From positions 57,082 to 121,081 of the forward strand of contig JAZROY010000003.1 of NCBI GenBank assembly GCA_045648925.1: a stretch of DNA of 64,000 bases, given 5' to 3'. This document shows positions 50,386-61,624 of the stretch, one piece after another. This DNA comes from Candidatus Enterousia sp. (GTDB taxonomy: Bacteria > Pseudomonadota > Alphaproteobacteria > Rs-D84). Under the pieces are notes generated by a model. The model was given only the letters and a program-made list of their open reading frames with translations. It ran no database searches and was not told the DNA's origin. Made by a program: the position numbers and the translations under genes. Each line of letters begins with the position of its first letter. Within the stretch, counting starts at the first letter, position 1.

Positions 50386-51387
50386 TTAAACATCCAATTT
50401 ATTTTGATAATTCCAAGAATCACGACACATATCATCCAAAGAATATTCTGCAACCCATCCCAATACGCGTTTCGCTTTTTCTGGATTGGCATAGCACATC
50501 GCGACATCGCCGGGTCGCCGCGCTATAATTTCATACGGGATTTTTATCTTATTTACTTTTTCAAAGGTTTTTATTACATCCAATACAGAATATCCATGCC
50601 CTGTTCCCAGATTAAATATTTCCAAACCACACTTTTTATCAATCGCGAACATTGCGCACACATGCCCACGCGCCAAATCAACCACATGGATATAATCCCT
50701 GACGCCTGTGCCATCAGGTGTATCATAATCATTGCCATATACAAACAATTTTTCACGTTTTCCACACGCAACTTGGGTAATATAAGGCATCAAATTATTT
50801 GGGATACCGTTCGGGTTTTCACCAATCAAACCTGATGGATGTGCGCCAACAGGGTTAAAATAACGCAAAATAACAACATTCATATCTGGGTTTGCTTTTT
50901 GCATATCCACCAAAATTTGTTCTATCATATGTTTGGTCCAACCATATGGATTTGTACATATACCTTTTGGGCATTCTTCGGTAATCGGCACAAATGCAGG
51001 TATTCCATAAACAGTTGCACTGGACGAAAAAATAATATTTTTGCATCCTATTTCATTTAAAACATTTAACAAAGATATTGTCCCAGAAATGTTATTATCG
51101 TAATATTCAACAGGTTTAACCACAGATTCTCCGACAGCCTTTAACCCAGCAAAATGAATACAAGCGTCAATTTTGTACCCAGACAAGAAATTTTTTAATA
51201 CATCTTTATCGCGGATATCGATATTTGAAAATTCTATTTTTTTACCTGTAATTTTTTGAATATTATCCAAAACATTAATTGATGAATTACATAAATTATC
51301 TATACCAACGATATCAAAACCATTATTTTGCAATTCAACAATTGTATGCGAAGCAATAAATCCTGTGGCACCTGTTACTAGAATCAT
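50386..51387 (-). CDS. galE: UDP-glucose 4-epimerase
   Basis: 333 aa; MILVTGATGFIASH Rossmann motif, YxxxK, GalE-like throughout. Confidence 0.85.
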   Translation of the reverse strand: MILVTGATGFIASHTIVELQNNGFDIVGIDNLCNSSINVLDNIQKITGKKIEFSNIDIRDKDVLKNFLSGYKIDACIHFAGLKAVGESVVKPVEYYDNNISGTISLLNVLNEIGCKNIIFSSSATVYGIPAFVPITEECPKGICTNPYGWTKHMIEQILVDMQKANPDMNVVILRYFNPVGAHPSGLIGENPNGIPNNLMPYITQVACGKREKLFVYGNDYDTPDGTGVRDYIHVVDLARGHVCAMFAIDKKCGLEIFNLGTGHGYSVLDVIKTFEKVNKIKIPYEIIARRPGDVAMCYANPEKAKRVLGWVAEYSLDDMCRDSWNYQNKLDV

Positions 51388-51484
51388 TTTTTACCTTTTT
51401 ACTTGTCTTTCATCCTATTTTTGATTCAGCAGTAATTATCCATATCTATATCATACAAATCTATAACTATGTGGCCCAATAAAA

Positions 51485-51763
51485 TCAATCTAATCTGGTA
51501 AATTCTACATAAGTATATTCAGTATCATTTGTCATATCTGGTATTTTTGTTTTATCAAGACCGGACCAATCGACCCACTTTCCGCTTGATTCCAGAGCTT
51601 TTACATTCTGCACCCATTCTAAATCCGAAGGACATTTATAAACAATATGTGTAGATGTTTTTGCTATTCTTTCGCAATCGGTCATTGTGTTTTCTATATT
51701 TTTGCTATCATTATAACATCCGCCCAACACAAGAACAGGTAATATTAACAATAGAAATTTCAT
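51485..51763 (-). CDS. Small hypothetical lipoprotein
   Basis: 92 aa; lipobox VLGGCYN. Confidence 0.4.
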   Translation of the reverse strand: MKFLLLILPVLVLGGCYNDSKNIENTMTDCERIAKTSTHIVYKCPSDLEWVQNVKALESSGKWVDWSGLDKTKIPDMTNDTEYTYVEFTRLD

Positions 51764-51945
51764 AAAAACCCCTTTCGCTTATACTGGTAAGTATACTTTA
51801 AAATTTGTTTTTTCGCAATATGTATTTAACATGGGTCTATTAAATTCCGCATAAATTTTACATTCGATTACAAAAACATTCAAATTGGCATACAGCAAGT
51901 ATACATAATCAAAATCCTAAACCAAGGAATTTGATTATGTATTTT

Positions 51946-54900
51946 TTACAAAGTAGTCAACCAAGATAAATCTGATGAACACAATAATCCAAGTTGTTTA
52001 TCACTTTTATAAATTGCTTCTTTGAATAATATATTTTTTTCTGTTAATTTTGACTTTAACATTGACCAGGTTTCTTGTTCCCCTATACGATTCATATCAT
52101 CCAATAAAATTACAAAAGATTTATCCAGATTATCAACAATATCCAATATTTCTGGTCTGGAATAATGTGCACTACCCAAAGGTCCATCAATCATCACAAG
52201 ATTAAATTTTTTACCTTTGATAACTGATTCAAAACCTTTATAAGTTCTAGATTCATGCTCAGGAACAATATGTACCATTTCAGTATCCAAAATTTTTGTA
52301 TATTTATCAGCTGTGGGAAATTGAAGTTTAAAGAACGACAACCAATCTTGGTTATTTTCACAAATCATCAACTTTGCTTTATATGCATCAGCATATTGAA
52401 TTGTTAATTTAGAACTTTGACCAAGTCCACACTCTAATATAGATTGTGGTTTAATTTCATCTAGTATTCTAAACAAAACATATAAAACAATATACGACAC
52501 TGCCCAGCGACCAGGCGATACAGATTTATCTTTTAACCAAACGCTGTTTAATATAGTATCATGATAAACATTTGCCCAATAAGGTTCCATGTTTAATAAA
52601 GAAAATTTATGTTGAACATTGATAAAAAAATCTTGCATATTTTTCATACTAATTTCATGCTGTTTATTAATACAATCCAATTGTAAATTCAATTGCAAAT
52701 TCAATTCGTTAATATGCTTTTCCAACTTATCTATACTACTACGCGTGCTGTGAGAATACATAACTTGTTTTATATGTCTTCTAAATTTTGCCAAAGGCAA
52801 AGAAACAACATTCATCCATACGGTTGCGAGCAAGTAATACGGGAATAAAACATAACTTTTTACATGATTATCTTTGTACAAAAATGCTAATTTAGATTTA
52901 TCATATCGTTTTAATAAATGTTTCATATCTTTGATATATAACTTTTTATCTGTCTGATCCAGCTTTACAAAATCATTCACCAGAATTCCTAAATACGAAT
53001 TCACATAATTATTGAATGTTTTTTTATTTATTTTACACTGTTTCAAATACCCAAGAAGTATATCTGTTATTTTCAAAAAATCCGCAAAATGGTGATTCCG
53101 AGTTTGTGTTGTAGATTTAGGATGTAATCTACGACAATACAATTTCTCATTTAATATTCCACACGCAGATGCCTTGGTTAACCCTTTGACAAAGAAAACA
53201 TTGTCTTCGAAAAAAAGTTCTTCTGGAAATTGTAAATTATTTTTTTCTATAAAAGAATGTTTATAAATTGTTAAACATGTTGATACAGCCATTAAATGTG
53301 CAAAATCTAAACAATCTTTAAACGAAAAAACTGTCTTGTTCCAATTTTGTGGTAAATAATTAAAATCCCAAAGTTTATTTGGTTCCATAATATCTGTTCC
53401 ATCTTTAAAATTTCTACCACTGAACATCAACATATCTAAATTGTTTTTATTTGCATATGTATATAATTTTTCAATAGCATTTAATTGCAGATAGTCATCA
53501 GAATCTACAAATTGAATATAATGACCTTTGGCTATATTTAAAGCTTGATTTCTTGCAGTTCCTTGTTTTCTATTAACACGATTATCTATTACTTTTATTC
53601 TAGAATCTTTATCAGCATATTTTTTAATGATATTCAATGAATTATCTGTTGAACCATCATTTACACAGATAATTTCAATATTTTTCTCTGTTTGATTAAT
53701 AACAGAATCTAAACATTTTTCTAAATATTTTTCTGTATTATAAACAGGTATTATAACAGAAACTTTTACATCATAGGATTCATTGTTATTTGACTGTAAT
53801 ATTTTATTCTTTTCAATATATTCATTTGGATTATTCATAATCATTTGTAAATCAGACCATTGATTATTGTTGAAATATTTTTTATCAATATCACCATGTT
53901 TTTTGTGTTGTTTAAATTCTTTACCAATGGCTGTTAAATATTCCGGCCAATATTCAACATCCAAACGCGCAATCATATGATAAATATACGCATTAAATTT
54001 ACGCAAAAAATAAACAGGAAGCAATTTAGCCACTTTTTTATGTTTCGCAAATATATTATCAATAAAATGATATTCATTTGGAATTGTCCAAACATTATTC
54101 TTTTTCTTTATAGACTGATTTGGATTATCTTGGCGGTAACAATAAAATACACAGTTCATAAAATATACTTTATCTGCCAAATATGTTGTTTGTGCCCAAA
54201 AACCATTATCTTGATATGCAGCCCCAGGGGTTTCATTATGACGGATTTTATATTTATCCAAAAAGGAATGTTTAAATATTCCCGCTGGATTAATAGCAAA
54301 AATATACAATATTTTTTCATCTTTTTCGGGTGTTAAAACACGGTTATAAAAACTCTCTGGCGCATTAAATACTTTTTTATTTGTATATCTATATTGTTTG
54401 TTTTCACCTGTAAATTCACAATAATCAGCCTTGATAACATCCAAATCTAATTCTTTTGCCTTATTATATAATGTTTCATACATATCAGGTTTAATAAAAT
54501 CATCAGGTTCAACAATACCAATATATTCACCGCACGCTAAATCAATACCACAATTCATTGTTTGACCATAACCTGCATTTGGTTTATCGATATATTTAAC
54601 ACGTTTGTCTTTATCAGCATATTCTTTAATGATATTCAATGAATTATCTGTTGAACCATCATTAACACAAATAATTTCAATATCTTTTAATGTCTGATTA
54701 ACAACGCTGTCCAAACATTCACGTAAATAAGGTTCCGCATTATAAATTGGCAGAACAACTGAAACTTTTGGTGACTCTTTCATAATATCTTTTCGAAACA
54801 TATAAGATTTATCTGGCTCATAAAAATATTTTGTATCATATAAGTGACGATATATATCCAAATCATACACCAGTTTATTTTGTAAATCGTTTAAAAGTTT

Positions 54901-55845
54901 GCTTTTTACCTCTACATCTTTAATTGAATTGTAATTATATAAAGCTCCAGACAAAACACAATTTACAAAAGATTGTTCATAAATATCGTATATTTTCATC
55001 TTCTGTAATTCTTTCTTTACAGACATTGATGCTGTATACCAATCCAAAGGACTTTTATGGTTATTAGACTGTAAACTGCTATTATTTCCAACACGATAAT
55101 GCCCTAAACATTCTTGTATAACAGACATTCTTTTTGCTTTTACCAGTGCCATAAAGACAAAGTATAAATCATTTGTTCTTGATAAAGATTGAAAATACAA
55201 TTTATTAGCTTTAATAAAATTATGATTAAACATTTTATTCCATGGCCAACTACACGAAAAATTAAAAATGTATTTTGAAATATCTTGTGCAGAAAACACG
55301 TCATTATTTGGCATATACTTGTTTGACAGCAACCAATTTTGTGGGGAATATTTTTTTGAACCGGTATCATACGCATCTGTTCTATAAATAACAATATCCA
55401 AATTTTTGTTTGTCGCCAAAGAATATGCATTTTTTAACATATTTAACTCAAAAAAATCATCACTATCTAAAAAAGATAAATACTCACCTTTAGCAACAGC
55501 AAGACCTGCATTACGGGCAACACCAGCATATAAATTTTTTTGCGTAATAACTGTAATTCTATTATCTTTTTTTGCATATTCTTTCAATATTTCCAGAGAA
55601 TTATCAGTTGAACCATCGTCAACACAAATTATTTCAATGTCGTGTAAAGTTTGATTTACTATTGAATCTAAACATTCGCGCAAATATTGTTCAACATTAT
55701 AAACAGGAATAATCACAGAAACCTTTGGGATATAATCAATCTTGTTTTGAATCAAAATAGTAGCATCAGTATCTTTGATACCATCCGCATTTCGCACACT
55801 AATCATGGCATGTTTTTTTGTTTGCTTTGTTTCTGTTTTTTTCAT
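51946..55845 (-). CDS. Multidomain glycan synthase: three tandem GT2 glycosyltransferase modules + coiled-coil segment + C-terminal class-I SAM-methyltransferase-like domain
   Basis: 1299 aa. GT2 signature (VSV[IV]IPVYN.E.YL..CLDS..NQT...IE[IV]ICV[DN]DGSTDNSL.I[LI]KEYA.KD.R[IV]) occurs three times (~aa 43, ~365, ~694), each with a DxD downstream (LDSDD / VEPDD / VDSDD). Coiled coil SSIDKLEKHINELNLQLNLQLDCINKQ. C-terminal ILECGLGQSS...LVMIDGP resembles MTase motif I / post-I. Confidence 0.75.
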   Translation of the reverse strand: MKKTETKQTKKHAMISVRNADGIKDTDATILIQNKIDYIPKVSVIIPVYNVEQYLRECLDSIVNQTLHDIEIICVDDGSTDNSLEILKEYAKKDNRITVITQKNLYAGVARNAGLAVAKGEYLSFLDSDDFFELNMLKNAYSLATNKNLDIVIYRTDAYDTGSKKYSPQNWLLSNKYMPNNDVFSAQDISKYIFNFSCSWPWNKMFNHNFIKANKLYFQSLSRTNDLYFVFMALVKAKRMSVIQECLGHYRVGNNSSLQSNNHKSPLDWYTASMSVKKELQKMKIYDIYEQSFVNCVLSGALYNYNSIKDVEVKSKLLNDLQNKLVYDLDIYRHLYDTKYFYEPDKSYMFRKDIMKESPKVSVVLPIYNAEPYLRECLDSVVNQTLKDIEIICVNDGSTDNSLNIIKEYADKDKRVKYIDKPNAGYGQTMNCGIDLACGEYIGIVEPDDFIKPDMYETLYNKAKELDLDVIKADYCEFTGENKQYRYTNKKVFNAPESFYNRVLTPEKDEKILYIFAINPAGIFKHSFLDKYKIRHNETPGAAYQDNGFWAQTTYLADKVYFMNCVFYCYRQDNPNQSIKKKNNVWTIPNEYHFIDNIFAKHKKVAKLLPVYFLRKFNAYIYHMIARLDVEYWPEYLTAIGKEFKQHKKHGDIDKKYFNNNQWSDLQMIMNNPNEYIEKNKILQSNNNESYDVKVSVIIPVYNTEKYLEKCLDSVINQTEKNIEIICVNDGSTDNSLNIIKKYADKDSRIKVIDNRVNRKQGTARNQALNIAKGHYIQFVDSDDYLQLNAIEKLYTYANKNNLDMLMFSGRNFKDGTDIMEPNKLWDFNYLPQNWNKTVFSFKDCLDFAHLMAVSTCLTIYKHSFIEKNNLQFPEELFFEDNVFFVKGLTKASACGILNEKLYCRRLHPKSTTQTRNHHFADFLKITDILLGYLKQCKINKKTFNNYVNSYLGILVNDFVKLDQTDKKLYIKDMKHLLKRYDKSKLAFLYKDNHVKSYVLFPYYLLATVWMNVVSLPLAKFRRHIKQVMYSHSTRSSIDKLEKHINELNLQLNLQLDCINKQHEISMKNMQDFFINVQHKFSLLNMEPYWANVYHDTILNSVWLKDKSVSPGRWAVSYIVLYVLFRILDEIKPQSILECGLGQSSKLTIQYADAYKAKLMICENNQDWLSFFKLQFPTADKYTKILDTEMVHIVPEHESRTYKGFESVIKGKKFNLVMIDGPLGSAHYSRPEILDIVDNLDKSFVILLDDMNRIGEQETWSMLKSKLTEKNILFKEAIYKSDKQLGLLCSSDLSWLTTL

Positions 55846-55846
55846 T

Positions 55847-57013
55847 TTATTTCCCTATAATTTTATTAAATGTTTCAAACGCACCTTGGATTGTTCGATT
55901 CATATCATAATATCTGTATGCACCCAATCTGCCTAAGAAATATACATTTGATAATTTTTTTGCTTCTTCGAAATATCTATCATAAATTGCTTGGTTTGTT
56001 GGATTTAATATTGGATAAATTCGTTCGTTTTTGCCATTTTCAAAATCTTCTGGATATTCAAAAGTCAATACAGTTTTGTCTGATTTTTCATTTAAAAACC
56101 ATTTGTTTTCTGTAATTCTTGTAAAATCATAATTTTCAGGATAATTTACAACTGCAGCATTTTGAAAATGTGACACATTAAATGTTTCTATTCTTATATC
56201 CAAACTGCGATACGGTAATTTACCAAACTTGTAATCGAAATATTCTTCTATGGCGCCAGTATAAAATAGACGCTTGTATTTTATTGATTTTTTCAGTTTT
56301 TCAAAATTTGTATTCAACATTACACTTATATTTGGGTGTGCCAACATACGTTCAAACATCACAGTATAACCATCACGTGGAATTCCTTGAAACCGTTCTT
56401 GGAAATAACGACTATCGCGACCGATAAATACTGGGACAGAACCCGTAACAGATGGATCTAGTTGTTCTGGACTTAATCCCCATTGTTTAAGGGTATAGTT
56501 TAAAAATACTTTTTTATAAATGTAATCAGCCAAAAAGTTTAAATCTTCATCGTTTGTTTTACGTAATTCCAGAATAGGAACCTTGGTATTAAAACCAAAC
56601 TTTGCAATTAATTTTCCTTCTAATTTATTTGCCAAAGTTTCTGGCAACGCACGATGTAAAGAATCTAGATTAAACGGAATTGGAACTTCTATACCGTCAA
56701 TTATACCAAGAACGCGATGCATAAATGGATTCCAAGTCGTATATTTAGATAAAAAATTCCATACTTCTGTAGAATTAGTTCTGAAAATGTGGGGGCCATA
56801 TTTATGAACATGAATGCCTGTCTCATTGTCAATATAATCAAAACAAGTGCCGCCAATATGGTCTTTCTTGTCAATAATCACAACAGGTTCATTTAATTCC
56901 GTAGCGATTTTGTTTGCCATTACTATTCCAGATAACCCACACCCAACAATAAAATTCGTATTCTCATTTACAGAACTAGTATCTGATATGTATCTTACAT
57001 TTTGCTTTACCAT
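55847..57013 (-). CDS. glf: UDP-galactopyranose mutase
   Basis: 388 aa; FAD motif FIVGCGLSGIVMA, Glf-like throughout, canonical length. Confidence 0.85.
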   Translation of the reverse strand: MVKQNVRYISDTSSVNENTNFIVGCGLSGIVMANKIATELNEPVVIIDKKDHIGGTCFDYIDNETGIHVHKYGPHIFRTNSTEVWNFLSKYTTWNPFMHRVLGIIDGIEVPIPFNLDSLHRALPETLANKLEGKLIAKFGFNTKVPILELRKTNDEDLNFLADYIYKKVFLNYTLKQWGLSPEQLDPSVTGSVPVFIGRDSRYFQERFQGIPRDGYTVMFERMLAHPNISVMLNTNFEKLKKSIKYKRLFYTGAIEEYFDYKFGKLPYRSLDIRIETFNVSHFQNAAVVNYPENYDFTRITENKWFLNEKSDKTVLTFEYPEDFENGKNERIYPILNPTNQAIYDRYFEEAKKLSNVYFLGRLGAYRYYDMNRTIQGAFETFNKIIGK

Positions 57014-57195
57014 AACACAACCCCATCATTTACTATTTTTAATTTGTCTGATTTTATCTTTTAACCTGTGGTATTTATTGTGAACTTTTATTGGATATTT
57101 AAAAAATCTTAAATCACAAATATGTCTTATAAAATGCATGTTTGTTTCCTTTGTCTTATTTTCAGATTTTTTCATGCTTTAAACATTATTATGGG

Positions 57196-57224
57196 AATTT
57201 TAGCAATAAAAAATAAATAATGCA
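57196..57224 (-). promoter_or_regulatory. Candidate sigma70-type promoter (TTGCAT-17-TAAAAT) for the glf / multidomain GT operon
   Basis: Minus strand ttgcat (57224-57219), 17-nt spacer, taaaat (57201-57196), within a 317-bp AT-rich intergenic region upstream of glf. Confidence 0.35.
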
Positions 57225-57330
57225 AGCCGGCCGCAAAAACTATTTAACAATGAAAATTAAAGGTTTATACCGGGTTTATTCATACAATCAGTGTAATAAT
57301 TTGAACATAAAATACATATAAATTTTACAA

Positions 57331-58374
57331 CTATCTCTTATAACTTAAAATTTTTATTCCACAAAAATACACATGTATTCTACCATTTGAACAATATTCT
57401 TTTGCGAATAAGAAATTTCTTTTAATTACAGAATCTGGCGCAAAATGTAATTTATAACTAAGAAATTTTATTCCAAATATATAAAATTTATGGCGTCCAT
57501 TTATAAAAGTATGTTTAAAAACAAAACTTAATATATATCTAACAATACTTGTTTTAATTTGATAACAGTTATTATACTTGTCCCATAAAGCACTGCCAGG
57601 GGCACCCTCAGAATTCCAAGGTTTCTTTTTATTTGTTAAATGTAAAATTACAGGTTTTTTTAATATTTTTTCTATATCTTTTTCTTGATAAAAATCAGAA
57701 ATTTCATTGTCTGGATAATCTAAATTTTGTACCATACAATTATATTTCAAAGAAACATATATAACATTTTCATTAAACACCTGATTCAAAGCATCTTGGT
57801 CCATAAAGTGTTTATATTTATCATGTTTTTTTGCATAAAGTAATTTATCAGTACTATTATTTTCGCGCATTTTTTTTAAATTTAACAACATCATACCAGA
57901 ATTAAAATATTTATCTATCCCCAGTTTTAGATGATGTTTTTCATTAACCATTGCTTTCATATCAGTAACAACCGCAGCATATTTTCCATTTAAATTTGTA
58001 CTATACAAATCATATAAATCACCTAAAATTAACATATCTCCATCTAAATATAAAATTTTATCCAAATCCGGAAACATATTTGGTAAATTAAATTTTAACA
58101 TTGCGGCTTTACTTACATGCTGATGTGTTGTTTGAATATCAGAATAAATATTTTCAGTATTTATTACATATATATTTACATTGTGCTCTTTTAATTTCTT
58201 AAATTTATTTATTATCTTTTCAGCCACATCAACAGCAATAATATAGATATTATACATTGTGTCTTTTTTACAATTTTCAATCAAAGATTCAATAGCCACA
58301 CCCGTAGGAACCGCATAATTTGTATCAGTTATAAAACAAATATTTACTGTTCTTTTCATTTTTTTATTTTTCAT
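57331..58374 (-). CDS. Glycosyltransferase family 8 (LPS alpha-1,2/1,3-glycosyltransferase-like)
   Basis: 347 aa; N-terminal VNICFITDTNYAVPTGVAIESL, DxD (YLDGDMLILGD), HxxGxxKPW (HLTNKKKPW). Confidence 0.65.
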   Translation of the reverse strand: MKNKKMKRTVNICFITDTNYAVPTGVAIESLIENCKKDTMYNIYIIAVDVAEKIINKFKKLKEHNVNIYVINTENIYSDIQTTHQHVSKAAMLKFNLPNMFPDLDKILYLDGDMLILGDLYDLYSTNLNGKYAAVVTDMKAMVNEKHHLKLGIDKYFNSGMMLLNLKKMRENNSTDKLLYAKKHDKYKHFMDQDALNQVFNENVIYVSLKYNCMVQNLDYPDNEISDFYQEKDIEKILKKPVILHLTNKKKPWNSEGAPGSALWDKYNNCYQIKTSIVRYILSFVFKHTFINGRHKFYIFGIKFLSYKLHFAPDSVIKRNFLFAKEYCSNGRIHVYFCGIKILSYKR

Positions 58375-59293
58375 AAGTTTTTATAATATCAGATATTGTT
58401 TGTTGTAATGTATATTTTTGATTCCATCCTAATTCTTTTTTTAATTTAGTGTTATCCCCAATAACCGAAGAAATTTCGTTAGCACGAATACGCGATGAAT
58501 CTATAATTATATTTGGTTTGATATTTAATTCCTTTGCAGTTGTGTTTATTATATCGCGCAATTTAACCCCTTGACCACTGCATACATTATAAACACTGCG
58601 ATTTTGCGCATTTTTAATTATTAAATAATACGCATTAACAACATCACGAACATCTGTAAAATCACGAACCACATCAATATTACCAACCATCATTTTATTT
58701 TCGCTTTTTCCTTTTGATATATTCACCAACTGTTCAATAAAAGATGGTATAACAAAACGAGTATTTTGACGCGGACCAATATGATTAAAAGAACGTGTCA
58801 TTACAATATCCATATTAAAATTATCAACATATAATTTTGACATATATTCTTGTGATAAACGAGCAACTGAATACGGACTTTTTGGATGTAAATTTAAATC
58901 TTCAGTCATTGGGTTATCATATATTCCGTATTCTTCAGACGAACCAACAGATAAAATTCTTGTTTTTAATTTATTATTACGCACAGCATCAGCCAAATTC
59001 AAAAATGCCGACATATTATTCATAAAACAATTTGCTGGTTCTTTCCAACTTTGTGCCACAGAAGACATAGCAGCTAAATGAACAATATAATCAGGTTTCA
59101 AAGACCTTACTATCCTGTTTACCTGTTCATTATCCATCAGATTCAAAGATCTGTATTTAATATTCATGTCACATTTTGGTGTTATATCAATTCCATATAT
59201 TTTTGATTCAGGTTCTTTTTCATTAAGATATTCTACAAAATATCTTCCAACAAAGCCCATAACACCTGTTATTAAATACTTACTCATATACAC
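58364..59293 (-). CDS. rmd: GDP-4-dehydro-6-deoxy-D-mannose reductase (Rmd-like, GDP-D-rhamnose forming)
   Basis: 309 aa SDR; GVMGFVGRY, YSVARLSQEY; block-wise similarity to Pseudomonas Rmd (RSFNHIGPRQ..FVIPSF, GNIDVVRDFTDVRDVVNAY, VYNVCSGQGVKLRDII); adjacent to gmd. Confidence 0.65.
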   Translation of the reverse strand: MYMSKYLITGVMGFVGRYFVEYLNEKEPESKIYGIDITPKCDMNIKYRSLNLMDNEQVNRIVRSLKPDYIVHLAAMSSVAQSWKEPANCFMNNMSAFLNLADAVRNNKLKTRILSVGSSEEYGIYDNPMTEDLNLHPKSPYSVARLSQEYMSKLYVDNFNMDIVMTRSFNHIGPRQNTRFVIPSFIEQLVNISKGKSENKMMVGNIDVVRDFTDVRDVVNAYYLIIKNAQNRSVYNVCSGQGVKLRDIINTTAKELNIKPNIIIDSSRIRANEISSVIGDNTKLKKELGWNQKYTLQQTISDIIKTYEK

Positions 59294-59301
59294 TACCTTT
59301 A

Positions 59302-60351
59302 TTATCTTTGAGGTTGTTTCAGCGTTTTTTCCATTTTTACCAATTTTAAATCTTCAGCAACCATTTCTTGTGCCAAAGTTTTCCAAGTATATGTTGGTTT
59401 CCAGCCCAATTGAGTTCTTGCCTTTGTTGAATCACCTAATAACAAATCAACTTCGGCTGGACGGAAGAATTGTGGGTCCACAGCGACAACAGTTTTACCA
59501 GTTTTTTTATCAACTGCCTTTTCATTAACACCATTGCCAGACCATTCTAAATCAAAACCAGCTTCTTTAAAAGCAACCTTTACAAAATCACGAATAGATG
59601 TAGTAACACCTGTGGCCAAAACATAATCCGATGGTTTTTCTGCTTGTAATATACGCCACATACCTTCGACATAATCTTTGGCATGACCCCAATCGCGTTT
59701 GGAATCCATATTCCCAAGATATAAACAATCTTGAAGACCTTCTTTGATTCTGGCTGCTGCTAATGTAATTTTGCGTGTCACAAAATTATCACCGCGTCTT
59801 GGACTTTCATGATTAAACAAAATACCATTGCACGCAAATATGCCATAAGATTCACGATAATTCACAGTAATCCAATAACCATATAATTTAGCCACACCAT
59901 ACGGAGAACGCGGATAAAACGGTGTTTTTTCAGACTGAATTGGTTCTTGAATTAAACCAAATAACTCAGATGTAGATGCCTGGTAAAATCTTGTTTTTTT
60001 ATCCAACCCATTTGTATGGATTGCCTCTAATAAACGCAAAACACCAATCGCGTCAGATTCTGCAGTAAATTCTGGACAATCCCATGATATTTTAACATGT
60101 GATTGTGCAGCCAAATTATAAACTTCATCTGGTTGTAATTGACGAACTAAATTATTTAAATTTGTAGAATCTGTCATATCACCATAATGCAAATGTATTT
60201 TATCAGATATATGGTCTATTCTTTGTGTATTCGGTACAGAAGCACGACGAACAATACCATGAACTTCATAACCTTTACCCAATAACAATTCTGCCAAATA
60301 TGAACCATCTTGTCCTGTAATACCTGTAATCAAAGCAACTTTTTTTGTCAT
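59302..60351 (-). CDS. gmd: GDP-mannose 4,6-dehydratase
   Basis: 349 aa; [38 protein letters not shown] is the canonical Gmd N-terminus; YGVAKLY catalytic motif. Confidence 0.9.
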   Translation of the reverse strand: MTKKVALITGITGQDGSYLAELLLGKGYEVHGIVRRASVPNTQRIDHISDKIHLHYGDMTDSTNLNNLVRQLQPDEVYNLAAQSHVKISWDCPEFTAESDAIGVLRLLEAIHTNGLDKKTRFYQASTSELFGLIQEPIQSEKTPFYPRSPYGVAKLYGYWITVNYRESYGIFACNGILFNHESPRRGDNFVTRKITLAAARIKEGLQDCLYLGNMDSKRDWGHAKDYVEGMWRILQAEKPSDYVLATGVTTSIRDFVKVAFKEAGFDLEWSGNGVNEKAVDKKTGKTVVAVDPQFFRPAEVDLLLGDSTKARTQLGWKPTYTWKTLAQEMVAEDLKLVKMEKTLKQPQR

Positions 60352-60368
60352 ATCCTACCTTTTTATTA

Positions 60369-61616
60369 TTAATTTTCCTGATTAATTGTTTTTATGATTA
60401 TATCAACTGTATTTTCCCAAGAAAACAGTCCACTCCTTTTTAAACCTTTCTTTGCCATTTCGTCACGATATTTTTTATCCATATAATATTTTTCATATGC
60501 AGCGATATGTTGTTCATCACTGTCCCAATCTATCATAATTCCAGCATCACCAACAACCTCTGGCAAAGATGAATTATTTGATGTAATTACCGGACATCCA
60601 CACTTCATTGCTTCCAATGGTGGCAAACCAAAACCTTCGTATTGACTGGTATAAACAAAAAATTCTGCACCACTATAAAGTGCAGCCAAATCTTCATCAT
60701 CTATATAACCAGCACGAATAATTTTATCTTTATATTTACCCAAATCTTTTATCTCTTGTTCTAATTTACCAATAAATTCATCCCAATGCGCACCACCAAG
60801 AACAAATACCATATCATCAATTTTATTCTTTTTGATAAATTCTATAAATGTCTTAACAGCACGAATCAAATTTTTACGTGGCTCTAATGTACATAAACTG
60901 AATACATATTTTTTATCTGTTGGTATATTATATTTTTTACAAACTTGTTTTATTTTATTTTTATCTTTTTCTTGATAAAAATTATCACTTGCTGCCAATG
61001 GCATAATAGTTATATCATCTGGATTCATATTTAATAATCTAACAAAATCATTTTTACAAGATTGCGATATAGCAAAATATTTACAGTTTGGTTTAGATTT
61101 AATATATTTTATCAAGTGATAAAACCAATGTTGTTTTGATAAATAATATTCTGGAATTAACAAAGGTATTGTATCATATAAAACAATATATTTATGTGTT
61201 GCTTTCACTTTTTTAGACATATATGTCCATGCGGAAAAAGCAATATCAAAAGTCGGTAATTTAACAAATTTTCCAATAAATCTTACAGGTTTTCTAACGA
61301 GTATATTTAACAGTAATTTTAAAATATTATGTTTTTTATTACGCAATTTTGCATCTAAAACTTGCATTTTTGCCAAAAACATTCCACAACGATTGCCAAA
61401 ATAAATTTTAACATTTTCCCCAAAATTATTTTTTATAAAATTTGCAAATTTTTCATTATACATAGTATCACAATACAAAGATACATCAAATTCATTAGAT
61501 TTAAAAATATGTTTTAATATATTAAATTCTGTAAAAAATATCCCTGTTCTACCACGTTCTGCCATATAACTTTCAGCAATAATAGTCGCATCAAAAAGTA
61601 ATGTTTTATTTTTCAT
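60369..61616 (-). CDS. Glycosyltransferase family 4
   Basis: 415 aa; [20 protein letters not shown]4 (GT-B) signature. Confidence 0.75.
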   Translation of the reverse strand: MKNKTLLFDATIIAESYMAERGRTGIFFTEFNILKHIFKSNEFDVSLYCDTMYNEKFANFIKNNFGENVKIYFGNRCGMFLAKMQVLDAKLRNKKHNILKLLLNILVRKPVRFIGKFVKLPTFDIAFSAWTYMSKKVKATHKYIVLYDTIPLLIPEYYLSKQHWFYHLIKYIKSKPNCKYFAISQSCKNDFVRLLNMNPDDITIMPLAASDNFYQEKDKNKIKQVCKKYNIPTDKKYVFSLCTLEPRKNLIRAVKTFIEFIKKNKIDDMVFVLGGAHWDEFIGKLEQEIKDLGKYKDKIIRAGYIDDEDLAALYSGAEFFVYTSQYEGFGLPPLEAMKCGCPVITSNNSSLPEVVGDAGIMIDWDSDEQHIAAYEKYYMDKKYRDEMAKKGLKRSGLFSWENTVDIIIKTINQEN

Positions 61617-61624
61617 ATCAATAC

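Noticed and set aside
53977-55654. Plus-strand ORFs inside the 1299-aa multidomain GT gene (53977-54336, 55406-55654) and 55140-55430 (-)
   Set aside because: These are shadow or alternative-frame ORFs within a long, motif-rich coding region. The triple repetition of the GT2 signature in one frame makes the long ORF the real gene.
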